From the NCBI GenBank assembly GCA_963735035.1, contig CAVTJJ010000006.1, forward strand, positions 544,001-608,000: a stretch of 64,000 nt of DNA. Reading direction: 5' to 3'. Source of the DNA: an uncultured candidate division Zixibacteria bacterium. Lineage in GTDB: Bacteria > Zixibacteria > MSB-5A5 > GN15 > FEB-12. The translations under genes were made by a program, and so were the position numbers. The notes beneath the pieces are model-generated. The model worked only from the letters and a program-made list of their open reading frames with translations, was not told the DNA's origin and did no database searches. Below are positions 9,111 through 18,901 of this stretch, piece by piece (positions within the stretch are counted from its first letter, which is position 1; each line of letters begins with the position of its first letter).

Positions 9111-10496
9111 TCATCCGATCTGATTTTGCCGATTGGGGTACAGTTTGTCCGGGTTCAGCAAGCTCCTGGGGTCAAGAGCTACCTTGATGTCAGTCATAAG
9201 CTTAAGCGTCTCGGACGGGAATTCAAGGTCGATCAAGTGGCGTTTGGCCAGTCCGATTCCATGCTCGCCGGTCAGGGTGCCGCCAAAAGCCAGGGTCTGG
9301 CGCATCAGAATCTGGACCCAGCGATCAACCTCAAGCCGATTAACAGGATTGTCGTCCTCGGCCATGAAATTGACGTGCAAATTGCCGTCACCGGCGTGAC
9401 CGAAGGCGTTGATACGAAGCTGGCTCTGGCGATTCATGTCCGCCACGAACTCGACCAGGTCGGGAAAGCGACTGTTGGGGACGGCTACATCTTCGGATAT
9501 GCGAAGCCCGGCCATCGCCTTGACGGCCTTGGACAGATTGCGACGGATCTTCCATAGAATCTCGGCCTGTGCGGGATCGGTTTCGCTGCGCCAATAGGAG
9601 CAATGGTTCTTTTCGCAAATCTGCCTGATGCGTTTCGCTTGATCCTGTGAATTTCGGTCTGATGTTTCGAGCAGCAGGATGGCGGCCACTTTCTGATCGA
9701 AGCCGTCGGACTTCTCATACTCGTTCGAGCAGGCAGCGGCATCACCGTCGAGGAATTCCATTACGGTTGGAATTATTCCTGCGGTGTTGATATCACTGAC
9801 GGTTTGCGCGCTCATCTTGGGATCATCGAAGGCCACGAGGATGGTTTCACCTCGCCCGGGGAGATCAATGAGTTTGAGGGCCAAGCGGGTGACGATTCCG
9901 AGCGTCCCCTCCGAACCGACGAGCAAATCGCCCAGGGCGAAACCGCGATCAGAATTGAAGTAGCCGGTCTTGAGAACGGAGCCGTCAGCCAGGACAGCCT
10001 CGATTCCCAGCACATAGTCTTTAGTGACTCCATACCGTTTGCAGCGCAATCCACCGGCGTTCTCGGCGACATTACCGCCGAGGGTAGATTCCTCGTAGCT
10101 GGCCGGGTCAGGCGGATAAGTCAGGCCGTGCGTTGCAGCGGCGTCCTGAAGCACTTTAGTGATGATACCCGGCTCGCAGATAGCGAGCTTCTTCTCGGGA
10201 ATAATCTCCATACCCCGAAGTTTCTCAACGGAGATAAGCAGCCCGTTCGGCGAGACTATACAGCCGCCTGACAAGCCTGTCCCGGCGCCGCGCGGTGTAA
10301 TCGGGATGTCTTGGGAATAGCAGAAACGGACCGCGGCCACTACGTCGTCAGCAGTCTCGGCGATTAGAAGCGCGAACGGGACGGCTTCAAAACTAGTGGC
10401 ATCGTGGGCGTATTTCTCGTCGATAGAAGGCCCTGACAAGAGAGAGCCCGGCGCCTTCAAAAGCTTTCTTAGTTGTTCAACCTGGGCTGAGTTCAA
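9111..10496 (-). CDS. glcD: FAD-linked 2-hydroxyacid oxidase/dehydrogenase, GlcD family
   Basis: RGAGTGLSGG, YPPDPAS, TLGGNVAENAGG, GSEGTLG, GHAGDGNLH, GEHGIG, LNPDK. Substrate not determined. Confidence 0.85.
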   Translation of the reverse strand: MNSAQVEQLRKLLKAPGSLLSGPSIDEKYAHDATSFEAVPFALLIAETADDVVAAVRFCYSQDIPITPRGAGTGLSGGCIVSPNGLLISVEKLRGMEIIPEKKLAICEPGIITKVLQDAAATHGLTYPPDPASYEESTLGGNVAENAGGLRCKRYGVTKDYVLGIEAVLADGSVLKTGYFNSDRGFALGDLLVGSEGTLGIVTRLALKLIDLPGRGETILVAFDDPKMSAQTVSDINTAGIIPTVMEFLDGDAAACSNEYEKSDGFDQKVAAILLLETSDRNSQDQAKRIRQICEKNHCSYWRSETDPAQAEILWKIRRNLSKAVKAMAGLRISEDVAVPNSRFPDLVEFVADMNRQSQLRINAFGHAGDGNLHVNFMAEDDNPVNRLEVDRWVQILMRQTLAFGGTLTGEHGIGLAKRHLIDLEFPSETLKLMTDIKVALDPRSLLNPDKLYPNRQNQIG

Positions 10497-10531
10497 CGGG
10501 CAGGCTCCCTATTGGGTGTGACCGGGCGCGG

Positions 10532-10837
10532 TTATTTCTCCGGTGTGGCCTTCTTCGTGTCCGACTTTGACTCAGACGAACTTGAGGATGAGCCGGCCGA
10601 ACCAGCAGAACCCGCTGAGCCGGTCACATCTTTCCGTTTGTCCGATTTATACTGGGAGCTCCGGTAGTCGGTGATGTAGAAGCCCGAGCCCTTGAACAAG
10701 AGGCCGGCGCCGCCTGTGATCAGGCGGCGCGTATGGCCCTTACATTCGGGACAGACCTCAATAGCGGCTTCAGTCATCGACTGAAACTCTTCGAATTCGT
10801 GACCACACTTGTCGCATCTATACTGATAGGTTGGCAT
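10532..10837 (-). CDS. FmdB family zinc-ribbon protein
   Basis: MPTYQYRCDKCGHEFE...CPEC...FKGSGFYITDY, followed by a Ser/Ala/Gly-rich tail. Confidence 0.9.
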   Translation of the reverse strand: MPTYQYRCDKCGHEFEEFQSMTEAAIEVCPECKGHTRRLITGGAGLLFKGSGFYITDYRSSQYKSDKRKDVTGSAGSAGSAGSSSSSSESKSDTKKATPEK

Positions 10838-10896
10838 ACGCTGTCGGTTGCCTCGTGTTCTTCCGCTTCGATACTTACAGGTACTTCAAACAGCGA

Positions 10897-12564
10897 TTAC
10901 CGCCCCGCGGTTCGCACTTTAGCGACGTCCGGTCCCGCTTTCAATATCTCCGGCGGGCAGCCATCCTGGAACTTCTTGAAGTTCTCGATGAACAACGACG
11001 CCAACTGGATATACTTCTCTTCGTACGCTTTCGGGTCTTCCCAGGTGTCTTTCGGGTTGAGAACCTTGTCCGGGACGCCTTCACAGGTCAGCGGGACTTC
11101 AAATCCGAAGAAGGGATCCTTGCGATATTTGACGTTCGCCAGCGTCCCACTCAGGGCGGCGTCGAGCAAGGTACGGGTGTGATGAATGCTCATCCGCTTA
11201 CCGATACCGTAAGGTCCACCGGTCCAGCCGGTGTTCACCAGCCAGCACTGGGCCTCATGCTTAAGCATCTTGTTCTTGAGCATCTCGGCGTATTTGTACG
11301 GGTGATGCACCATGAACGGTCCGCCAAAGCAGGTGCTGAAAGTCTGCTCCGGTTCTTTGCCGAGATCGATCTCGGTTCCTGCAACTTTCGACGTATACCC
11401 GGACATGAAGTGGTACATCGCCTGATCTGGTGTCAGACGCGCAATAGGCGGCATCACGCCGGAAGCGTCGCAGGTAAGCATCACGACGTTCTTCGGATGT
11501 CCAGCCATTTTCTCAGGCACGGAATTGTCGATGAATTCGAGCGGATAGGCCGCCCGGGTATTCTCGGTGCGGCTTTCGTCGTCGAGATCAAGTCGGCGAG
11601 TTACCCGGTCGTACACCACGTTTTCTAGGACGGTACCGAAGCGCTGTGTACATGCGTAAATCGCGGGCTCTGCGGTCGGGGAGAGGGCGATCACTTTGGC
11701 ATAGCAACCGTTCTCGAAATTGAACACGCCTTCGTCGCTCCAGCCGTGTTCGTCGTCACCAACAAGTTTGCGTCTCGGATCGGCCGAAAGAGTTGTCTTG
11801 CCGGTGCCGGACAGGCCGAAGAATAAGGCGGTGTCGCCGTTCTTGCCGAGGTTGGCCGAGCAGTGCATGCTCAGGACGCCGTCGAGCGGCAACAGATAAT
11901 TCAGAATTGTGAATACCGCCTTCTTGATCTCACCGCCATAACCTGAGCCGCCGATAAGGCAGATGCGCTGATCGAAATTCAACAGGATAAAGGTCGGCGA
12001 CAGAGTGCCGTCGACTTCCGGAAGACCCTGGAACGACGGGAGCGATATGACCGTAAACTCAGGGACGAACTTGCGCAGCTCGTCGTTGGTGGCAGGATCA
12101 ATAAACATGTTGCGCGCAAAGAGCGAGTGCCAGGCGTACTCAGTGATGATACGCACAGGCAGTCGATAGTTCGGATCGGCGCCGGCATAGCAGTCCCGCA
12201 CGAACAGGTCACGCCCCTGCAGGTAGCCCTGCATGCGCTGGAAGACGGAGTTGAACTTGTCGACATTGAACGGGCGATTGTATTCACCCCACCAGACTTG
12301 ATCCTGGCTGGTCGGTTCCTGAACGACGAACTTATCGTTGGCCGCACGGGCAGTATGCTTGCCCGTGTTGACTACTATGGGGCCTCGAAGCGTGATCGAG
12401 CCCTCGGACCTGAAGATGATCTCTTCGTAGAGGGCCTCGGCCGGGAGGTTCCAGTAGACGTTGTTCAAGTTCCGGAAGCCATAGTTTGACAGACTGAATT
12501 CGGCCTTCAGCGCGGCGGCTTCTTTTACCGTGGGTGTTTTGACATCTATAATATAGTGACTCAT
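10897..12564 (-). CDS. pckA: Phosphoenolpyruvate carboxykinase (ATP)
   Basis: YGGEIKK, MHCSAN, GLSGTGKTTLS, GDDEHGW, GCYAK, ENTRAAYP. Start placed at ATG 12564, overlapping the aspC stop (ATGA). Confidence 0.96.
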   Translation of the reverse strand: MSHYIIDVKTPTVKEAAALKAEFSLSNYGFRNLNNVYWNLPAEALYEEIIFRSEGSITLRGPIVVNTGKHTARAANDKFVVQEPTSQDQVWWGEYNRPFNVDKFNSVFQRMQGYLQGRDLFVRDCYAGADPNYRLPVRIITEYAWHSLFARNMFIDPATNDELRKFVPEFTVISLPSFQGLPEVDGTLSPTFILLNFDQRICLIGGSGYGGEIKKAVFTILNYLLPLDGVLSMHCSANLGKNGDTALFFGLSGTGKTTLSADPRRKLVGDDEHGWSDEGVFNFENGCYAKVIALSPTAEPAIYACTQRFGTVLENVVYDRVTRRLDLDDESRTENTRAAYPLEFIDNSVPEKMAGHPKNVVMLTCDASGVMPPIARLTPDQAMYHFMSGYTSKVAGTEIDLGKEPEQTFSTCFGGPFMVHHPYKYAEMLKNKMLKHEAQCWLVNTGWTGGPYGIGKRMSIHHTRTLLDAALSGTLANVKYRKDPFFGFEVPLTCEGVPDKVLNPKDTWEDPKAYEEKYIQLASLFIENFKKFQDGCPPEILKAGPDVAKVRTAGR

Positions 12565-13778
12565 TTCCAGTCTCTCCTGAACTTCCGGTCGCCAATGTAG
12601 ATTTCGTTGGGCGAATCGGGATCCAGCGCCCACTTGATGCGACGAACGCCCTCGGTTATTTCCTTGATCGTCCCGCAATAGCTCAGCCGCAGATGTCCTT
12701 CCATACCGAATTCAGAGCCGGGGACCGTGACCACCAGCGCCTTTTCGAGCAGGAGCTTGGAAAGAGCGATTGAGTCCTTCGAATATGCCCGGAAGTCGGG
12801 CAGACAGTAGAAAGTGCCGCCCGGCTTGATGGTTCTTATCCCGGTAAAAGCATTGAGCTCAGTCAACATGACGTCGCGATTGTTCTCGAGCGTCTGTCGC
12901 AGACTTTCTACCCCGGACTGAACGCCTTCCAGCGCGCCGGCCGCAGCGGTCTGAAGTATAACCGACGGGCACGAGGTATTCTGCGCCGAAACATTTATCA
13001 ACGCCTCAGTCACTTTCTTGTTTGCGATTGACCAGCCGATTCTGAATCCGGTCATGGCGTACATCTTCGAGACGCCGTTGATGACAATCAATTTCGACAG
13101 TTCTGAATCATTCTTGGCGTAATCGTAGCAGGATGTCGGGCGACGGCCATCAAATATCAGTCGGTGATAGATGTCATCCATAATGAGAAAGATCTGCTTC
13201 TTCTCACAGAATTCCACGATTTCACGAATGAAATCGGCGCTGTAGACTTCACCTGACGGGTTATTGGGGCTGTTGATGATAATCGCTTTGGTGTACGACC
13301 CGACCGCTTCAATGATGTCTTCGATGCGGGGGTGGAAGCGACCGTCTTCCGGCTTCACTATCACCGGGACGCCGTAGAGCATCTTGACGATTTCGGGGTA
13401 GCTGACCCAATACGGGGCGGGGATGATTACTTCGTCCTGGGGATTAATAATGGTCAGCAGGATATTATAGATCGCCTGTTTCGCTCCGGCGTGCACACAG
13501 ACGTGTTCCGGGGCGATGGCTTTCTTATAGATATCATCCGTATATCTGATAATTCCTTTGATAAGCTGAGGAATCCCCTCGGTGGGGGTGTAGCGGATGT
13601 CCGCGGTCTTCAGCTTGGCGGAGCTGGCCAGGATGGCGTCGAGCGGCACTTTGCTCTTCGGCTCGCCGGTACCCAGGTGGATGACCGGCTCGCCTTTATC
13701 GCGAAGCCTGGCCGCTTCTTCGTTTAGGCGAAGAGTCGGCGACGGCTTTACGTCTCTGGCAAGTTGGCTAATACTCAT
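12561..13778 (-). CDS. aspC: Aspartate aminotransferase (PLP class I/II)
   Basis: PYWVSY, NSPNNPSG, DDIY, SKMYAMTGFRIGW, LRLSY. Confidence 0.88.
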   Translation of the reverse strand: MSISQLARDVKPSPTLRLNEEAARLRDKGEPVIHLGTGEPKSKVPLDAILASSAKLKTADIRYTPTEGIPQLIKGIIRYTDDIYKKAIAPEHVCVHAGAKQAIYNILLTIINPQDEVIIPAPYWVSYPEIVKMLYGVPVIVKPEDGRFHPRIEDIIEAVGSYTKAIIINSPNNPSGEVYSADFIREIVEFCEKKQIFLIMDDIYHRLIFDGRRPTSCYDYAKNDSELSKLIVINGVSKMYAMTGFRIGWSIANKKVTEALINVSAQNTSCPSVILQTAAAGALEGVQSGVESLRQTLENNRDVMLTELNAFTGIRTIKPGGTFYCLPDFRAYSKDSIALSKLLLEKALVVTVPGSEFGMEGHLRLSYCGTIKEITEGVRRIKWALDPDSPNEIYIGDRKFRRDWK

Positions 13779-13784
13779 GTCTTT

Positions 13785-14777
13785 CTATCCTCTCAAAAGT
13801 GTCGCTATCGCGGCCACGTCAACTATATCCTGTACGGAACAACCGCGCGACAGATCATTGGCCGGCTTGGCCAGACCCTGAATGATCGGTCCGGTAGCGG
13901 TCGCCCTGGCTAATCTTTGCGTGAGTTTATACCCGATATTGCCGGAGTCAAGGTCCGGAAATATCAGCACATTGGCGTCGCCGCCGAGCGGTGAATCGGG
14001 AGCCTTGCGTTTGGCGACATCCGGTACGATGGCAGCATCAACCTGGAATTCGCCGTCGATCTTCAAGGTCGGGAAATTCTTCCGGACGATCTCGAGTGCG
14101 GCGAGAACTTTATCGACGTCCTCATGCTGAGCCGATCCCTTGGTTGAGAATGAAAGCATCGCCACGCGCGGTTCTTCGCCGGTGAGATACTTCATGGTTT
14201 CGGCGGTGGAGACGGCAATCGAGGCCAACTGCTCGGGATCAGGATTCGGGATGACCGCGCAATCGCCGAAGGCGAAGACTTTGTCTTTCACACCCCGGTA
14301 TTCGGGAATGGTCATCAGGAATGAGCTTGAAACCGCCTTGATGCCCGGTTTCAAGCCGATCACCTGAATGGCCGCTCTGAGAACATCACCGGTGGTGTTG
14401 ACTGACCCGGCAACTGATGCGGCCGCTTTGTCGTGCCGCACCAGCATGGCGCCAAAGTAAAGAGGTTGGGCAATCGCCTCGCGGGCGGCTTCTTTGGTAA
14501 TCCCTTTGGCTTTGCGAAGCTCCATGAATTCATCGACATACGCGGCGTAATCCGGCGAAGCAGCCGGTTCGATAACTTCGACTTTGCCCAGATCAAGGCC
14601 CTGCTTGGCGGCCAGTTTCTCGATCTCGGAACGTTTGCCCAACAGGGTGACGGAGGCGATTCGTTCGGCCACCAATATCTTGGCGGCATCGTGCATGCGC
14701 GGTTCGGTCCCTTCCGGGAGCACGACCCGACGGCCCAGCTTCTTAGCTTTATCGTGAATAGTATTTACAACGCTCAT
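13785..14777 (-). CDS. pta: Phosphate acetyltransferase (short type)
   Basis: [52 protein letters not shown]. Confidence 0.95.
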   Translation of the reverse strand: MSVVNTIHDKAKKLGRRVVLPEGTEPRMHDAAKILVAERIASVTLLGKRSEIEKLAAKQGLDLGKVEVIEPAASPDYAAYVDEFMELRKAKGITKEAAREAIAQPLYFGAMLVRHDKAAASVAGSVNTTGDVLRAAIQVIGLKPGIKAVSSSFLMTIPEYRGVKDKVFAFGDCAVIPNPDPEQLASIAVSTAETMKYLTGEEPRVAMLSFSTKGSAQHEDVDKVLAALEIVRKNFPTLKIDGEFQVDAAIVPDVAKRKAPDSPLGGDANVLIFPDLDSGNIGYKLTQRLARATATGPIIQGLAKPANDLSRGCSVQDIVDVAAIATLLRG

Positions 14778-14802
14778 AACATCTCCAGAAGCGAATCTAT
14801 GA

Positions 14803-15914
14803 TTAAAGGACTTGCCCTCTTAGTTCCGGATCGGAAAGAAAAGCTTCGATGAACCCATCGATGTCCCCATCCATGACCGCCTGCACGTTGGAAGTTTCGT
14901 GCGAAGTGCGATGGTCTTTTACGAGATTATAGGGGTGAAAAACGTAAGATCTTATTTGTGAGCCCCATTCGATCTTCTTCTTGGTCTTCTCGAATTTCTC
15001 CATCTTCTTGGCTTCTTCCTCGCGATGGAGCTGATAGAGGCGGGACTTCAATACGGTATAGGCAGCATCTTTGTTCTTGTACTGGCTACGCTCCGACTGG
15101 CAGGTAACGACAATGCCGGACGGAATGTGAGTGAGTCGAATGGCCGACGAGGTCTTGTTGACGTGCTGGCCGCCGGCGCCGGATGAACGATAGGTGTCGA
15201 CCCGTACGTCTTCTTCGTTGATTTCAATCTCGACGGCATCTTCGACAACAGGATAGACGTGAATAGACGCGAACGAGGTGTGCCGTCGCGCGTTGGCGTC
15301 AAATGGGGAGATGCGCACCAATCGATGCACGCCCGACTCGGCTTTGAGAAAGCCGTAGGCGTACTCGCCCTTGATTTCAAGCGTCGCAGATTTCATACCG
15401 GCTTCTTCACCCGGTTGATAGTCGAGCAGTTCGACTTCGAAATTCCGACGTTCCGCCCAGCGGTTGAACATGCGGAAGAGCATATCGGCCCAGTCTTGTG
15501 ACTCAGTGCCGCCGGCTCCGGGATGGACAGTCAGGATAGCATCGCGGACGTCGTCCGGTCCGGACAGCATCGCCGCCAGTTCCAATTTGCCAAGCTCATT
15601 GCTCAGTTGCGACAGGGAGTTGTCAATTTCCTGAACTTCGGGGGAATTCTGATCGACCATTTCAATCAATTCGGCCGAATCCCCTAATTCCCGCTGCAGG
15701 CGCTCGATGGTTGAGATCCACTTCTTGTGGCGGGAGACTTCTTTCAGGACTTCCTGGGCGGTCTGGTTGTTATCCCAAAAACCGGGTGCGGTTGAGCGCT
15801 CTATCGAGCTCGATTACTTTCTTCTGACGCTCGGGCAGGTCAAAGATACCTCGCTAGCTTGTCGAGGCGATTTCTCAATTGCGGTATCAAAGTTCTCAGT
15901 TCTGCAGTAATCAC
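14803..15914 (-). CDS. prfB: Peptide chain release factor 2 with the programmed +1 frameshift (plus one extra apparent +1 indel near 15802)
   Basis: SPF and GGQ motifs; GTG start at 15914 with SD GGAG; GAGG-TAT-CTT-TGA-C slip site at codon 24. Span 1112 nt = 370 codons + 2. Confidence 0.93.
15839..15852 (-). other. prfB programmed ribosomal frameshift site
   Basis: Minus strand GAGGTATCTTTGAC: internal SD-like sequence, slippery CTT-T and in-frame TGA. Confidence 0.92.
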
Positions 15915-15944
15915 AAGTCGCGCTCCACGCAAAATTAGAGGGCG

Positions 15945-15973
15945 AATATACCATGTTTCTTTGGGAGCGTCAA
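15945..15973 (-). promoter_or_regulatory. Putative sigma-70 promoter of the prfB operon
   Basis: TTGACG-17nt-TATATT with extended -10 TG. Confidence 0.65.
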
Positions 15974-16053
15974 ACTTAATTCAAATATTCCGTCATTGAC
16001 GGGGCGGGCGTAAATGTTTGTCAGGTATGTCGTTAATCCGAGAGGGTGCGCTA

Positions 16054-16081
16054 TTGACAGAACGACACGCTTGTGTATTTT
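16054..16081 (+). promoter_or_regulatory. Putative sigma-70 promoter producing a leaderless mRNA
   Basis: TTGACA-16nt-TATTTT, then 6 nt, then ATG 16088; no SD. Confidence 0.55.
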
Positions 16082-16087
16082 GTCACT

Positions 16088-16736
16088 ATGGCAACCCGGG
16101 TACTCACATTGGTGGTCGGACCGTTTGGGGTCAACTGCTACCTTCTGTACGACCAACAGACTATGGAAGGGATCGTTATTGATCCGGGGGCGGAGGCGGA
16201 TCGGATTGTGTCGCAATTGGACGAATTGGAGCTCACACCTCGCGCCATCTTGCTGACCCACGGCCATGGGGATCATATCGCCGCAGTGGCCGAACTCAAG
16301 GAAATGTACGATTTGCCGCTCTATATCGGGGCCGGGGAAGAGCCGCTTCTGGCCGATCCGAGCGCCAATATTTCGGCCTTTTTCGACCATCCCATTGTCG
16401 CCCCCAAACCGGATTTCGCTGTTCACGATGACGACGTGATATCTGTCGCCGGCATTACACTGATCGTATTGTCAACTCCGGGGCATACATCCGCTGGGGT
16501 CTGCTATTTGGAAGAAAGCCGCCGGACGACTCTTCTGCGGAGACACGCTGTTTGCGGGGTCGATTGGGCGCACCGACCTTCCGGGCGGCAACTACGAGCA
16601 GCTAATCAGCTCAATACAGACAAAAATACTCGTCTTACCGGACGAAGTTCGGGTGTACCCGGGACACGGGCCGCAGACGTCCGTGGGAACCGAGCGCAAC
16701 GCCAATCCGTTCTTGATTGGAGGTCGTTATGCCTGA
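16088..16736 (+). CDS. MBL-fold metallo-hydrolase (glyoxalase II/YcbL-like), one +1 frameshift near 16516
   Basis: THGHGDH and TPGHT. The conserved tail [20 protein letters not shown]...YPGHG...ERNANPFL lies in the +1 frame. Span = 216 codons + 1. Confidence 0.88.
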
Positions 16737-17587
16737 ATTTAGCCCGGTTGAACAACTTAACACGGTCGGATTGTCCGACTATCATTGTCACTGCGATTAC
16801 AGTATCGACGCGGTCGGCACGATTGACCAATTCTGTGAAGCCGCCCTCCAACGAGGCCTGGCCGAGCTCTGCTTCACGACTCACTGGGACACAAATCCGT
16901 TGACCGGCAGCCCGGACAATGTCATTCGGATCGGTGGAGAACGCAAGCCGACAGTTCCTGACAATCTCGCACCGTACGTCGACGATGTCTTGCGAGCCCG
17001 TGAGAAGTACTATCAGTCGCGGTCTCTGGGTGGTGCTGGGGGTGGAATTCGGATGGTATCCGGGCTGTGAGAAATCGGCTGAATCACTCAAGCGGCGATA
17101 TGAGTTCGATCATTTTCTTTGCGGGATACACGAATTGGAAGGGCGATGTTTCTCGTGCGACGGATGTTTCCCCAAGTGCTTCCCGCACTATACGGTCGAG
17201 CAGGCGGTTGAGAAGTATGTCAACGAGATAGCCGCGGTAGCCAGGACCGGACTCTTCGATTGTATTGCGCACCTGGACTATCTCCGCAAGTACGGCGAGA
17301 AGTACTACGGGACGCGCATAAACGAACTGCTCCTCGATCATCTAATCCAGAAAGCATTTCCGGCGCTCAAAGGTAGCGGCACGGCGATGGAAGTGAACAC
17401 GTCGGCGATCAGGCGTGGTTTCGACGATTATTTCCCCCGTGCAGCCGTGGTCAATGCCGCGCGAAAAGCCGGGGTGGAAGTTCGTTTCCTCGGTTCGGAC
17501 GCCCACCGGCCGGATCAAGTCGGGGCTGATTTCGATGCCGCCGCGTCGCTGGTATCGCCGTCGTTCGAAGCCTGGTGCGAAGACTAA
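16729..17587 (+). CDS. PHP-family phosphatase (histidinol-phosphatase HisJ-like), one +1 frameshift near 17015
   Basis: DYHCH, FTTH, then in the next frame LGVE, GIH, IAHLD, EVNTS, LGSDAH. SD GGAGG. Span = 286 codons + 1. Confidence 0.85.
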
Positions 17588-17607
17588 TTGTGGCGGAGCG
17601 CGCCGGA

Positions 17608-18204
17608 GTGAGCCGCAAGCTATCGCGGTCGTTCTACGATAGGCCCACGCTGCAAGTGGCGCGCGAACTCCTTGGAAAAATCATCTGCTATCGTTCCGCT
17701 GGGGGCGAGTTGTCGGCGCGAATCGTCGAGGTAGAGGCATACGTCGGTGAAGATGACCCGGCCTGCCACGCGGCACCGGGACCAACCAAGCGCAATCAGA
17801 TAATGTACGGGAAGCCGGGGTTCAGTTACATCTACTTTATATACGGGATGTACTACTGCTTCAATATTGTGACAGAGCGTAAGGGATACCCGGCGGCAGT
17901 GCTACTCCGGGCGGCGGAGCCTTGTGACGGGATTGATGTCATGAAGGAGAACTCGCCACGCTGTCGGACATCAACGATCTTGACCGGACCCGGAAAATTC
18001 TGCCGGGCCTTCGGGCTAACCGCGCGAGAATCCGGAATCGATTTGACCGGATCAGTAATCTTTCTTCGAGATGACGGGTTCAAGCCGGGAGAGATAGCCA
18101 CTTCGTCGCGCATCGGTATTCGCAAAGGGGCGGATTTGCTTTATCGATTCTACCTGGCTGATTCAGGGGCTGTCTCGGCGCACCGGAAGGCAAAGCGGCT
18201 GTAG
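17608..18204 (+). CDS. mpg: DNA-3-methyladenine glycosylase (MPG/AAG family)
   Basis: IVEVEAY, DPACHA, YIYFIYGMYYCFN, AVLLRA, GPGKFC, RIGI. GTG start is approximate. Confidence 0.92.
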   Translation: MSRKLSRSFYDRPTLQVARELLGKIICYRSAGGELSARIVEVEAYVGEDDPACHAAPGPTKRNQIMYGKPGFSYIYFIYGMYYCFNIVTERKGYPAAVLLRAAEPCDGIDVMKENSPRCRTSTILTGPGKFCRAFGLTARESGIDLTGSVIFLRDDGFKPGEIATSSRIGIRKGADLLYRFYLADSGAVSAHRKAKRL

Positions 18205-18291
18205 ACTCAGTAGGGACGTTTTTTAGCTGTCCTTCATCGCGGTGAGGTCGTATAAGTAATCAGACCAAATATCAGGATGGAGTTTCATTGA

Positions 18292-18897
18292 GTGTTTGAG
18301 CCAGGTTTTCTACAGAATGCTATAATTTACGGTCCCGTGATTCTCTTTTCACTGACCATCCACGAATTCTTTCATGCTTGGACGGCGTATCGTTTCGGCG
18401 ATTCGACCGCAGCCAGGCTCGGTCGAATGACGCTGAATCCGCTGGCCCATCTGGATCTGGTCGGCACTATTGTAATGGTGGCTTCAGGTTTTCGCTTCGG
18501 TTGGGCCAAGCCCGTCCCGGTAAATCCCTTGAATCTACGCAATCCCCGGATCGCCGATATCTGGGTTTCCGCGGCCGGTCCGCTCTCCAATTTGGGACTG
18601 GCGATAGTTGCCAGTTTGTTGTTTCGGATAGGTGATTGGCCCGAAGTAGGTCAGCGCTTGATGATCGCTGCCGTAGTAATTAATGTGTCGTTGGCCCTGT
18701 TCAATCTCATGCCGTTGTTTCCGCTCGACGGGTCGCATATCGTTCGCAACTTACTGCCGCGCGAATATGCCGAACCGTATGATAGGTTCGAGCAATTTGC
18801 CCCGTGGATCCTCCTGATAGTGATAGCCACCGGACTATTCTGGAAATTAGTTGGTCCAATTGTCGGTCTGATTGTCGGCATACTTCTGGGACCCTAG
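18292..18897 (+). CDS. Site-2 protease family (M50) intramembrane metalloprotease
   Basis: HEFFH, GWAKPVPVN, AAGPLSN, FNLMPLFPLDG. Confidence 0.92.
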   Translation: MFEPGFLQNAIIYGPVILFSLTIHEFFHAWTAYRFGDSTAARLGRMTLNPLAHLDLVGTIVMVASGFRFGWAKPVPVNPLNLRNPRIADIWVSAAGPLSNLGLAIVASLLFRIGDWPEVGQRLMIAAVVINVSLALFNLMPLFPLDGSHIVRNLLPREYAEPYDRFEQFAPWILLIVIATGLFWKLVGPIVGLIVGILLGP

Positions 18898-18901
18898 TAC
18901 A

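Noticed and set aside
10576..10625. SAG-repeat low-complexity segment in fmdB (and the GGC runs in the RRM gene) as contingency repeats
   Set aside because: In-frame, degenerate low-complexity tails typical of these protein families.
12565..12678. N-terminal extension of pckA in the ORF track
   Set aside because: It overlaps the aspC 3' end; the ATGA-coupled start at 12564 is more plausible.
15839..15845. In-frame TGA as selenocysteine recoding or a pseudogene stop
   Set aside because: It is the canonical RF2 autoregulatory frameshift site.
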